A stretch of DNA of 51,312 nucleotides from Nitrospira japonica (GTDB taxonomy: Bacteria; Nitrospirota; Thermodesulfovibrionia; Thermodesulfovibrionales; SM23-35). The notes beneath the pieces were generated by a model. That model worked only from the letters and a program-made list of their open reading frames with translations. It was not told the origin of the DNA and searched no databases. Where the stretch lies: positions 1-51,312 of the forward strand of contig DYFC01000019.1 of assembly GCA_020725385.1 (NCBI GenBank), given 5' to 3'. Position numbers and translations under genes: made by a program. Of this stretch, positions 9,446 through 18,171 are shown in pieces; the stretch's first letter is position 1; every line of letters starts with the position of its first letter.

Positions 9446-9934
9446 TTATTTTTTTCTAATAAATTTTATAAGTCCTTCAATTTTTCCTGTGCTTGTTATG
9501 TCTCCTACAACCTCGTCATTTACAGTAGTTACAGGAGCAAGCCCGCAACATCCGACACAACCAACAGTCTCAAGGGTTATGGAAAGGTCACTTGAGGTTT
9601 CACCATTTTTTAGCTGGAATTCATTTTCTAAAGTATTAAGAACTTTTTTTGAACCTCTGACGTAACAGGCGGTTCCAAGGCAGACTTTAACAAGTTTTTT
9701 CCCGCGTGGTGTAAAACGAAACATTTTATAAAAACTTGCTACACTGAATATCTCTGACATGGAAAGACTTAATTTTGAAGAGAGCTTTTTTACGATTTCT
9801 TCAGGTATATAACCATATTCTTCCTGAATTTGCTGAAGTAGATGAATTAATATCCCACGTTTTTTTTGTTTGCCACTTAATAGACTTCCAATACTTCCAA
9901 TTTGGAAGTTTTCGTTTACAGCTTCAATCTCCAT
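9446..9934 (-). CDS. NuoE/HydC-like [2Fe-2S] subunit
   Basis: LIHLLQQIQEEYGYIP, VASFYKMF, VCLGTACYVRG, CVGCCGLAPV. Confidence 0.9.
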   Translation of the reverse strand: MEIEAVNENFQIGSIGSLLSGKQKKRGILIHLLQQIQEEYGYIPEEIVKKLSSKLSLSMSEIFSVASFYKMFRFTPRGKKLVKVCLGTACYVRGSKKVLNTLENEFQLKNGETSSDLSITLETVGCVGCCGLAPVTTVNDEVVGDITSTGKIEGLIKFIRKK

Positions 9935-10046
9935 ATCGACTCCCTTTCAGCCCCCCGACTGAAGCAGTTTATATATTTTTCTTTTTAAGTAATTTTATAA
10001 CTCTATAATCAAAAAAGCAATAATTTTTTAATAATATCTTAAAAAT

Positions 10047-10075
10047 TTGACTTAATTCCTTTACTGCTATATATT
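10047..10075 (+). promoter_or_regulatory. Putative sigma70 promoter giving a leaderless or near-leaderless yicC transcript
   Basis: TTGACT-17-TATATT, ATG after 7 nt, no SD. Confidence 0.6.
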
Positions 10076-10082
10076 TTATTAC

Positions 10083-10931
10083 ATGATACAGAGCATGACA
10101 GGATTTGGCAGTAGTTCAACAGATGTTTTCACGGTTGAAATACGCTCATTAAATCACAGGTATATGGACATTTTTATAAAACTGCCTTCTTACTTAAATC
10201 ATGCAGAGATGCAAATAAGAAATATTATCAAGGAAAGATTCAGTAGGGGCAGGTTTGATGTTACAATATCTATTAATCCTGAAAAGACATCCCGGTTTAC
10301 AATAAGTAAGAATGTTGCAGAAAATATATATAAAGCTCTTCAATCTTTGCAGAGAGAACTCATGATTCCAGGTGAAATTGGCATAGAGACACTTGCGGCT
10401 TATAAAGAAATATTGCTTGAGAAAGAACCTGAATATAATATTGATGATTTACTTTCTACGGTTTATGAGGCGATTAAAAATCTCGAAGCAATGCGTATAG
10501 AAGAAGGAAAGAATTTACAAAAAGAGCTTTTAAGTAGAATAGAGGTTTTAAGAGATTTAAATGATAAAATTAGGATTAAAGCTCCTGATGAAGTTCCAAA
10601 GCTTAAAGAAAAATTTACAGAGCGATTGAAACTTTTTTTAGAAACTGAAAATATTGAAAGCAATAGAATTTTGCAGGAAGCTGCAATACTGGCTGATAAG
10701 CTTGATATTTCAGAAGAAATATCAAGAATACAAAGTCATATAAAACAGTTTAAAGAAGTCATAGATAGCGGGACAGTTGTCGGGAAAAAACTTGATTTTA
10801 TTCTTCAGGAACTTGGAAGAGAAGTAAATACTCTTTCGTGCAAGTCTGCTGATTATGAAATTTCAAGCATGGTAATTGAAATGAAAACAGAAATTGAAAA
10901 AATAAGAGAACAGGTGCAAAATATACAATAA
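10083..10931 (+). CDS. yicC: YicC/YloC family endoribonuclease
   Basis: MIQSMTGFG, EIRSLNHRY, DISEEISR, GKKLDFILQELGREVNTL, EKIREQVQNIQ. Confidence 0.95.
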   Translation: MIQSMTGFGSSSTDVFTVEIRSLNHRYMDIFIKLPSYLNHAEMQIRNIIKERFSRGRFDVTISINPEKTSRFTISKNVAENIYKALQSLQRELMIPGEIGIETLAAYKEILLEKEPEYNIDDLLSTVYEAIKNLEAMRIEEGKNLQKELLSRIEVLRDLNDKIRIKAPDEVPKLKEKFTERLKLFLETENIESNRILQEAAILADKLDISEEISRIQSHIKQFKEVIDSGTVVGKKLDFILQELGREVNTLSCKSADYEISSMVIEMKTEIEKIREQVQNIQ

Positions 10932-10943
10932 TAGGGAGAAGTT

Positions 10944-11225
10944 ATGAAAAAAGGTGAAATTACAAATGTACTGGTTAATATAGGTTTTGGAAATGTTGTA
11001 GCTGCATCAAGAGTTGTTGCTATTGTAACTCCAGGATCTGCTCCGATGAAAAGACTAAGAGAGGAAGCAAAAAAAACAGGCAGACTTGTTGATGCTACAG
11101 AGGGAAGACGTACCCGCTCGATTATTGTCACTGATAGCAACCATATAATATTATCTGCAATACAGGCGGAAACTATTACCCAGCGTTTTATGGAAGGAAC
11201 TGAAATAGGTGCAGAAGAAGAATAG
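10944..11225 (+). CDS. remA: DUF370/RemA family regulatory protein
   Basis: [42 protein letters not shown]; conserved position between yicC and gmk. Confidence 0.88.
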   Translation: MKKGEITNVLVNIGFGNVVAASRVVAIVTPGSAPMKRLREEAKKTGRLVDATEGRRTRSIIVTDSNHIILSAIQAETITQRFMEGTEIGAEEE

Positions 11226-11835
11226 GGGCAGACTTTTTATTGTTTCTGCTCCTTCAGGTGCTGGCAAAACAACACTTTGTCAGAAAATAATCAAGAAACA
11301 TCCTCAGATTAAGTTTTCAGTATCTTATACTACCCGAATGCCCCGTAAAGGTGAAATAAATAATGTAGATTATACATTTATTGATAGGGAAGAATTTAAA
11401 AGAATGGTATCAGAAGGCAAATTTCTTGAGTGGGCAGAAGTCCACGGAGAATTCTACGGGACATCGCGTGAGAGAATAAAAAGCCTTATTGAAGAGGGTT
11501 TTGATGTTGTTCTCGATATTGATACACAGGGGGCTCTTCAATTAAAGGAAAAGGGAGAAAAAGGTGTTTTTATCTTCATATTACCTCCTTCAATGGAGGC
11601 CCTCAAGCAAAGACTTGTTCGTAGAATGACGGATTCTAAGGATCAGATTTTAAGGAGACTTAAAAGAGCTATAGAAGAAATAAGAACTTATAATTTATAT
11701 GATTATGTTATAATTAACGATATACTTGAAAATTCTATAAAAGAATTTGAAGCTGTTATTATCTCCAATAGGATAAAAACAGAAAATATTAATCCCTTAT
11801 GGATACAAGAGACGTTTTTAAATCAGGAGGTTTGA
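11209..11835 (+). CDS. gmk: Guanylate kinase
   Basis: [45 protein letters not shown]; GTG start. Confidence 0.97.
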   Translation: MQKKNRGRLFIVSAPSGAGKTTLCQKIIKKHPQIKFSVSYTTRMPRKGEINNVDYTFIDREEFKRMVSEGKFLEWAEVHGEFYGTSRERIKSLIEEGFDVVLDIDTQGALQLKEKGEKGVFIFILPPSMEALKQRLVRRMTDSKDQILRRLKRAIEEIRTYNLYDYVIINDILENSIKEFEAVIISNRIKTENINPLWIQETFLNQEV

Positions 11836-11842
11836 AAGAAGT

Positions 11843-12247
11843 ATGGACATTATTTCATTGCCAATCGAATACGATCACTCAAAGATAGACAGCAGGTTCA
11901 GGCTAATTGCAATTGCTTCACAGAGAGCAAAGGAATTGGCTTTGGGTGCAACACCAAGAGTTAAAACAAAGTCCAAAAAGGTAACTACAATCGCTATAGA
12001 AGAAACTATAAACAATACTGTAGAGTTTCTTGTAGGTGAAGAAGCTGTAAAAGCAAGAGAAGAAGCCAGTAAGTTTGATTACAGGAAACTCCTTGAAGAG
12101 AAAAAGAGAGAGGTTACATCAGAAGATCTTACTGAATTTGAAAAAGATCTGAAGGTTTATCTTAATGAAAGAGAAGCTCTTGAAAGGGACAAAAAGGCAC
12201 TTGAGGGGCTTTTCGGAGACAAACAAGAGGAAGGTGCTGAAGAATAA
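11843..12247 (+). CDS. rpoZ: RNA polymerase omega subunit with long charged C-terminal extension
   Basis: IDSRFRLIAIASQRAKEL, KVTTIAIEE; gmk-rpoZ-coaBC order. Confidence 0.9.
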   Translation: MDIISLPIEYDHSKIDSRFRLIAIASQRAKELALGATPRVKTKSKKVTTIAIEETINNTVEFLVGEEAVKAREEASKFDYRKLLEEKKREVTSEDLTEFEKDLKVYLNEREALERDKKALEGLFGDKQEEGAEE

Positions 12248-13406
12248 AAATATACTTTTTGGCATTTCAGGCAGCGTTGCAGCCTATAAAACAATCGACC
12301 TGATTAGAAGGCTCAGAGACGAAGGCGCATCGGTCAATGTAATCATGACCGGTGCAGCCCAGAAATTTATAACTCCATTAACTTTTCAAGCAATTTCTAA
12401 CAATAAAGTTTATACAGACCTCTACAGTGAACCAATGTCACACATTTTACTTCCGGTGAGTGCAGATTTATTTGTGATTGCGCCTGCAACTGCAAACATA
12501 ATTGGTAAAATTGCTTCCGGTATCGCAGACGACTTACTCACAACATGTTTTATTGCAAGTACCTGCAAAAAAATTATTGCACCTGCTATGAACTTTAGAA
12601 TGTATGAAAATCCTGTTGTTCAATCTAATTTAAAATCTCTAATTGCGCAAGGAATAATTCAAATCGGACCTGAAAAAGGCTCTCTTGCATGTGGTGAAGA
12701 AGGGCTGGGCAGAATGTCAGAAGTTGGTGATATACTTGAAACTATAAAATCTACTCTTACAGAAAAAGACCTGACAAATGAAAAAATTATTATTACAGCT
12801 GGACCTACAAGGGAATATATTGACCCTGTACGATTCATCTCAAACAGGTCTTCGGGTAAAATGGGGTATGCTCTTGCAAAGGTTGCATTAAGACGCGGGG
12901 CTGAAGTTACGCTGATAAGCGGATATTCAAAGCTTTCGCCTCCATATGGTTCAAATTTTATTTCTATCGAAAGCGCGGAAGAGATGAACAATGCCGTTAA
13001 ATCCAGGGTTGCCTCATCAACTGTTCTCATTATGGCTGCTGCTGTATCTGATTTCAAACCATCTGATTTTTCGCATGATAAAATTGATAAATCTGAAATT
13101 GATATTTTAAGGCTCACAAGAACAATTGATATTATTTCTGAAGCCAGAAAAATTAATCCTGAAATATTTATAATCGGGTTTTCTGCCGAGACAGGCTTTA
13201 AACCTGAAAGGGCATTGAAAAAAATGAATGAGAAAAATATGAATATGATAGTATTTAATGATGTAACAGAAGCAGGTGCAGGGTTTGATACGGAAACGAA
13301 TAAAGTTATTTTAATTGACAGAAATAATCGGATAGAGTTGCCTTTAATGGATAAAGAATCTGTTGCAAATGAGATATTTAACAGAATGAAAAAAATCAAG
13401 GCTTGA
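12234..13406 (+). CDS. coaBC: Bifunctional phosphopantothenoylcysteine decarboxylase/synthase
   Basis: GISGSVAAYK, APATAN, PAMN, LACGEEGLGRM, TAGPTREYIDPVRFISNRSSGKMG; start moved to GTG 12234 behind a GAGG SD. Confidence 0.95.
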   Translation: MLKNKNILFGISGSVAAYKTIDLIRRLRDEGASVNVIMTGAAQKFITPLTFQAISNNKVYTDLYSEPMSHILLPVSADLFVIAPATANIIGKIASGIADDLLTTCFIASTCKKIIAPAMNFRMYENPVVQSNLKSLIAQGIIQIGPEKGSLACGEEGLGRMSEVGDILETIKSTLTEKDLTNEKIIITAGPTREYIDPVRFISNRSSGKMGYALAKVALRRGAEVTLISGYSKLSPPYGSNFISIESAEEMNNAVKSRVASSTVLIMAAAVSDFKPSDFSHDKIDKSEIDILRLTRTIDIISEARKINPEIFIIGFSAETGFKPERALKKMNEKNMNMIVFNDVTEAGAGFDTETNKVILIDRNNRIELPLMDKESVANEIFNRMKKIKA

Positions 13407-13442
13407 CTTTTTTTTAAAATTGATTGAAAATTTTGTCATAAC

Positions 13443-14660
13443 ATGTCACTTGAAGATATAGAAAGACTAAAAGAAAAACTCGCTAAGGATCCTAACTCAA
13501 AATTGTTTGTTCCTCTGGCAGAGGAATATAAAAAAGCAGGGATGCTTGATGAGGCAATTGAGGTTCTCGTTAAAGGGCTCGAAAATCAGCCGGGGTATCT
13601 TAGTGCACGGGTTTCTCTTGGTAAGATATTTATTGAGAGAGGAATGCTTCATGAAGCTCAGGCTGAATTTGAGAAAGTAATCACAGCCATTCCTGACAAT
13701 CTTTATGCTCATAAAAAACTCGCAGAAATTTATAGGGAATTAGGAGAAAAGGAAAAAGCTATAAAAGAATTCCAGATGGTCTTAAAGCTTAATCCTTTGG
13801 ACGAATGGGCAGCAACATCCCTTTCAGAAATAAACAGGCAATCTGCTGAAATAATTGAAGAACCTTCAATTGAGGAAGAGCCTGTTATACAACCTGCATC
13901 TATTGAAGCACCTCCAATTGAAGGAGAACCAACTTTTGAATTGCCTGCAATCGAATCTCAGGAACAAGAAAAAGAGCCCGAAATTATTTATGCAGAAGCT
14001 GAACTTGAATCAATTCCTGATGTATCAGATTTATCATATCCAATTAAAGAAGAAAAAGACACAAATATGGAGCCTTCTGAAAATATACAGGAGGATATTT
14101 TAAAACAATGGGAACAATCCGAACACAAGGAAGAAGTATTGGAACCATCAATGCCTGAACCAACAATAAGTGAAGAAGACAAAGACATTTGGGAATCGCA
14201 TAAAGAATCTATGAAATCTATAAATGAGGCTGAATCTAAAGCTGATTTAAATGATATATGGAAACCTTTATATGAAAGTGAAAAGGAATTAAAAGAAGAA
14301 CAACCATTAGAATCAAAAATTCAAGAACCCGCTTTTCCTTCTGAATCTCCTTTATACGAAAAACCCCGGGAAGAAAGAGAAGAGCTTAAGACAGAAGAGC
14401 AAGAAGAAAGAATTTCTTATATTACAAAAGAACCTGAAGTAGAAGATGCTGATCCTTTTATTGTTGAAGGTAGATATTTTTCAGCAATGAATATTTACAG
14501 AAAAATACTCGAGAAAGACCCTGAAAATAAAAAAGCTATGCAACGCATTGAGGAACTCAGACTTTTAATTAAACTTGCCGGAAAAGATAAAGAAGAACTT
14601 ATTTCAAAACTTGACGGATTTCTTGATGCAATAAAAAAGAGGCGGGATGAGCTTCGCTGA
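13443..14660 (+). CDS. TPR protein with a long acidic, Pro-rich linker
   Basis: N-terminal TPRs (DPNSKLFVPLAEEYKKAG.., PDNLYAHKKLAEIY), E/P-rich low-complexity middle, C-terminal TPR-like helices; overlaps the next gene. Confidence 0.8.
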   Translation: MSLEDIERLKEKLAKDPNSKLFVPLAEEYKKAGMLDEAIEVLVKGLENQPGYLSARVSLGKIFIERGMLHEAQAEFEKVITAIPDNLYAHKKLAEIYRELGEKEKAIKEFQMVLKLNPLDEWAATSLSEINRQSAEIIEEPSIEEEPVIQPASIEAPPIEGEPTFELPAIESQEQEKEPEIIYAEAELESIPDVSDLSYPIKEEKDTNMEPSENIQEDILKQWEQSEHKEEVLEPSMPEPTISEEDKDIWESHKESMKSINEAESKADLNDIWKPLYESEKELKEEQPLESKIQEPAFPSESPLYEKPREEREELKTEEQEERISYITKEPEVEDADPFIVEGRYFSAMNIYRKILEKDPENKKAMQRIEELRLLIKLAGKDKEELISKLDGFLDAIKKRRDELR

Positions 14661-15003
14661 GGTTCTAAAAGAAACAGTTGATAAAGTTGACGGTGCTGTA
14701 TCAGCCATGATAATTGGAGCTGATGGTATAACAGTACAGGAATATGTCAATGAGAAACTGATTGATCTGACAGAACTTAGTGCTGAAGCTTCTGCAATGA
14801 TAAAAGATATAAATCTTGCTGCTTTAAATCTTGGAATCGGCGAAGCAAGAGAATTCTCCATTATTTCGGATAAATGCGGCATAATTATGAGAAAGATTAC
14901 TTCTGATTATTATCTTGCTCTGATTATCCATCCTGACGGAAATTATGGCAAGGGCAGATTTATTCTTAAAACCGCAGTACCTAAATTAGCAAGTGAATTT
15001 TAA
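14647..15003 (+). CDS. Second roadblock/LC7 protein (MglC-like)
   Basis: MSFAEVLKETVDKVDGAVSAMIIGADGI..DGNYGKGRFILK; roadblock pattern distinct from MglB. Confidence 0.75.
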   Translation: MSFAEVLKETVDKVDGAVSAMIIGADGITVQEYVNEKLIDLTELSAEASAMIKDINLAALNLGIGEAREFSIISDKCGIIMRKITSDYYLALIIHPDGNYGKGRFILKTAVPKLASEF

Positions 15004-15009
15004 CCCACG

Positions 15010-15441
15010 ATGAAAGTACTCGTAATACATGGCCCTAATCTTAATCTACTCGGCACAAGAGAAACAGGCATTTACGGTACTAAAACTCTTGAAGAAATCA
15101 ATAATGATATTTCTATTCTTGCATCTGAACTCGGAATAAGTGTCAGGGCAATTCAGTTAAATAGTGAAGGTGATATTCTCGATGTTATTCAGAAAAGCGA
15201 TTATGATGCTCTAATTATTAATCCGGCTGCATATACTCACACAAGCATTGCAATCAGAGATGCTATAGCAGCGGTAAATAAACCAGCGGTAGAAGTTCAC
15301 CTTTCCAATATTCATAAACGTGAAGAATACAGAAAAAAATCTTATATTGCTGAGGTTGCCGTTGGACAAATATGCGGCTTTGGCCCGGAAAGTTATCTCC
15401 TCGCCCTGCGTGCAATTAAAAATCTTTTTTTAAATAAATGA
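15010..15441 (+). CDS. aroQ: Type II 3-dehydroquinate dehydratase
   Basis: [41 protein letters not shown]. Confidence 0.97.
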   Translation: MKVLVIHGPNLNLLGTRETGIYGTKTLEEINNDISILASELGISVRAIQLNSEGDILDVIQKSDYDALIINPAAYTHTSIAIRDAIAAVNKPAVEVHLSNIHKREEYRKKSYIAEVAVGQICGFGPESYLLALRAIKNLFLNK

Positions 15442-15489
15442 ATTTAAAACTTATTGAATCGAGTTGAATAAATTTTTGAACAATACATC

Positions 15490-15530
15490 CATTTTCCGGA
15501 TTAACCCGAAAAATGCATTTTCCGGATTAA
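15490..15530. repeat. 1.5 tandem copies of the 30-bp TTAA-bounded palindrome; the terminal TTAA contains the truA stop
   Basis: CATTTTCCGGA then TTAACCCGAAAAATGCATTTTCCGGATTAA (15501-15530, 28/30 identical to 41226-41255). Confidence 0.85.
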
Positions 15531-16294
15531 TAAAAAATTTTTTCTAAGAATAATCCTTGTGGGGGGGCTGTAGGTCCTGCGAGATTTCTATTACGAGACT
15601 CAAGAATATTTTTTAAGTCAGATTCAGAAATCCTTCCTCTTCCAACTTCAATCAATGTGCCTACAATAATTCTAACCATGTGTCTTAAAAAACCATTGGC
15701 TTCTATTCGTATTTTTATAAAGTTTCCCCTTAATTTTACAGTCATAAAGTCTATTTCATGAAGAGTTTCAACATTTAATGAATAAATTGTCCTTGTCGTA
15801 TTTTTTATCTTACTTCCTGTTCCCATAAATGCTGTAAAATCGTGCTCACCTATTAGATATTTTGAAGACGCAATCATAGAATTTATGTCCAAGTATTTTT
15901 TTACAGTAAATGTGTAACGTTGAAGAAAAACCGAAGATTTTCTTTCATTCGCTATGATATAAAAATATATTTTGCGTATCGCATCATCACGTGGATTAAA
16001 AGAAGCATCTATTTCATTGGCATTTAATATTCTAATATCAACCGGAAGAGTAGCATTCAATGCTTTTTTAATAGTTTCAATATCATGCGCTTTTGGAGTA
16101 TTAAATGCTGCTACCTGTGCAAGAGCATGCACTCCTGCATCTGTTCTGCTTGCACCATAAACTTTAGTTGGGACCCCATTTAATTTTTTTATCCTTTCTT
16201 CAATTATCCCCTGTATAGTAATCGCATCATCCTGAACCTGCCAGCCATGATAATTAGTACCATCATATTCTAAAACCAGCTTTATTCTTCTCAT
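15527..16294 (-). CDS. truA: tRNA pseudouridine(38-40) synthase
   Basis: EYDGTNYHGWQ, ASRTDAGVHA, GEHDF, NGFLRHMVR, TAPPQGLFL. Confidence 0.97.
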   Translation of the reverse strand: MRRIKLVLEYDGTNYHGWQVQDDAITIQGIIEERIKKLNGVPTKVYGASRTDAGVHALAQVAAFNTPKAHDIETIKKALNATLPVDIRILNANEIDASFNPRDDAIRKIYFYIIANERKSSVFLQRYTFTVKKYLDINSMIASSKYLIGEHDFTAFMGTGSKIKNTTRTIYSLNVETLHEIDFMTVKLRGNFIKIRIEANGFLRHMVRIIVGTLIEVGRGRISESDLKNILESRNRNLAGPTAPPQGLFLEKIFY

Positions 16295-16381
16295 TATCAG
16301 AATATTTAAACATAGATTAAAAAAATAGTCTAATTAATTGAAAAATATAATAATTTCTATTATTTTATTAATATTATTAAT

Positions 16382-16410
16382 TTGACAATAAAATAAAATA
16401 GGTATTTAAT
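16382..16410 (+). promoter_or_regulatory. Putative sigma70 promoter of the surface-protein locus
   Basis: TTGACA-17-TTTAAT, about 240 nt upstream of ATG 16652, which has SD AGGAGG. Confidence 0.55.
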
Positions 16411-16651
16411 AATTTAGTAGTTACAAGCTCCATTTAATTGTTTCTAATGAGAAAGAAAGGGAGTAAAATGGGGGGAGCAAGTGTAGTAAACTTAGTAAAT
16501 GATTTTTATGAGAATCAATACATGATTTCATCTTTACTCTTATCTTTATTTTTAGCTTTAACAAACTTATCTCTCAAATTCTTTAAAAGTCAATCTATTC
16601 TTCATATTTTAAACAATATTATATTTTGAAAGGAGGTAGCAAATTATCTTT

Positions 16652-18160
16652 ATGAATAAAAAATTTTTAAGAGCAATTATTTTTATAGTCATTATTATTT
16701 TTACCGTCTGTATTGGAAAAACCTATGCAGATGTAAATTCCCTTGAAAAAGGGATAGAGAATTATAGAAGTGAAAATTATGAAGAAGCTCTTTCTTTATT
16801 CATTGAAGCAAGAAAAGAACAACCGGCCTCTTCTATAGCTGCATTTTATCTTGGTGTTACTTACAAGCAATTAAAAGAATATCAATTAGCAGAAAAAAAT
16901 TTAAGAGATTCTTTGCAATTGTCTCCACCTGTAAAAGACGCATATCTTGAACTGGCAGAAGTGCTTTATACGCAGGATCAGCTCAATGAAGCTGAAGGCT
17001 GGGCTTTGAAAGCAGAAACAGAAGGAATAAATCCAGCAAATGCAGTTTTTCTAAGAGGAATGATACTTTCAAAAAGAGGAATAACAGAAGATGCAATTGC
17101 TGCATTTAATAAAGCAAAAAAAATGAATCCGGCACTTGCCCAACCAGCAGATTTCCAGATAGCCCTAATTCAATTAAAGACTCGAAACTTTACTGATGCA
17201 CGGAAAACTTTTAAGGCTATTGAAGAAATTGACCCGACATCCGAGCTTGCTTCATTTGCAAAAGAATATGAGAAATCTTTATCAAGAACCCTCGATATCT
17301 ATAAAACATGGCGTTTTACTATTGGAACCGCATATCAATATGATGACAATGTAATTTTAAAACCAACAACAAGCATACCGGGGGTTGAGATAACAGGAGA
17401 AAGAGATAGCAGCATACTTGCTACACTTGGAATTATTTTTAGCCCTATTTTGAGAGAGCCGTTTTTTATTAACTGCCAATATAATCTTTACACAAACACA
17501 TATTTTGACACAAACACACACAATCTTATGACACATACTATATCTGTTAATCCTGGAATTAATATTAAGAATGGCAGTATTTTTCTTCCTGTCTCATATT
17601 CTCATATATGGGTGCATGAAAGAGAGTATATGAGTTTAATTTCTGTAAAGCCAGGCGTTCAATTTGCATTTCTACCACAACACATAGCAAGATTCTCAAT
17701 CGGATATGATAAAAGAGAACTTCTTAAAGCACCTATTGATAGTGATGAAGACAGGGATGCAAATATCTTCAACGCATCCACAGGATATATACATCCATTC
17801 TCGGGAGGAAAAGGCTTATTCAATTTAATTTATGAGTTTTCATATGATAATAGTGATGGCAAGAACTGGGATAATATTGGGAACAGAATTACAGCAGGCT
17901 TGCTTCTACCTTCATTGATTTTAAAAACAGATTTTATTCTTTCGGGTGAAGTTTTTCTCCAGAATTATAAAAACAACCATACAGTTTTCGATAAGAAGAG
18001 AAAAGATAAGAATTATACACTATCCATAAATCTTGTAAGGGAACTTGTAAGGGGACTGTTCTTGAATCTTCAGTACTCATATACAAGGGCAGATTCAAAT
18101 ATAGCAATTTATGACTACGACCGAAATATTTATACAGCCGGCGTAGAGTATAGATTTTAA
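16652..18160 (+). CDS. Outer-membrane TPR plus beta-barrel protein, Slam/DUF560 (type XI secretion)-like
   Basis: Signal peptide, several TPRs, barrel starting WRFTIGTAYQYDDNV, alternating beta-strands, end DSNIAIYDYDRNIYTAGVEYRF with terminal Phe. Confidence 0.7.
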   Translation: MNKKFLRAIIFIVIIIFTVCIGKTYADVNSLEKGIENYRSENYEEALSLFIEARKEQPASSIAAFYLGVTYKQLKEYQLAEKNLRDSLQLSPPVKDAYLELAEVLYTQDQLNEAEGWALKAETEGINPANAVFLRGMILSKRGITEDAIAAFNKAKKMNPALAQPADFQIALIQLKTRNFTDARKTFKAIEEIDPTSELASFAKEYEKSLSRTLDIYKTWRFTIGTAYQYDDNVILKPTTSIPGVEITGERDSSILATLGIIFSPILREPFFINCQYNLYTNTYFDTNTHNLMTHTISVNPGINIKNGSIFLPVSYSHIWVHEREYMSLISVKPGVQFAFLPQHIARFSIGYDKRELLKAPIDSDEDRDANIFNASTGYIHPFSGGKGLFNLIYEFSYDNSDGKNWDNIGNRITAGLLLPSLILKTDFILSGEVFLQNYKNNHTVFDKKRKDKNYTLSINLVRELVRGLFLNLQYSYTRADSNIAIYDYDRNIYTAGVEYRF

Positions 18161-18171
18161 GGAGAGAAAAA

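Noticed and set aside
12659-13399. 246-aa antisense ORF inside coaBC
   Set aside because: Lies wholly opposite a conserved gene and has no motif or SD; shadow frame
16438-16629. 63-aa ORF upstream of the Slam-like gene
   Set aside because: TTG start, no SD, low-complexity AT-rich sequence; more likely untranslated leader
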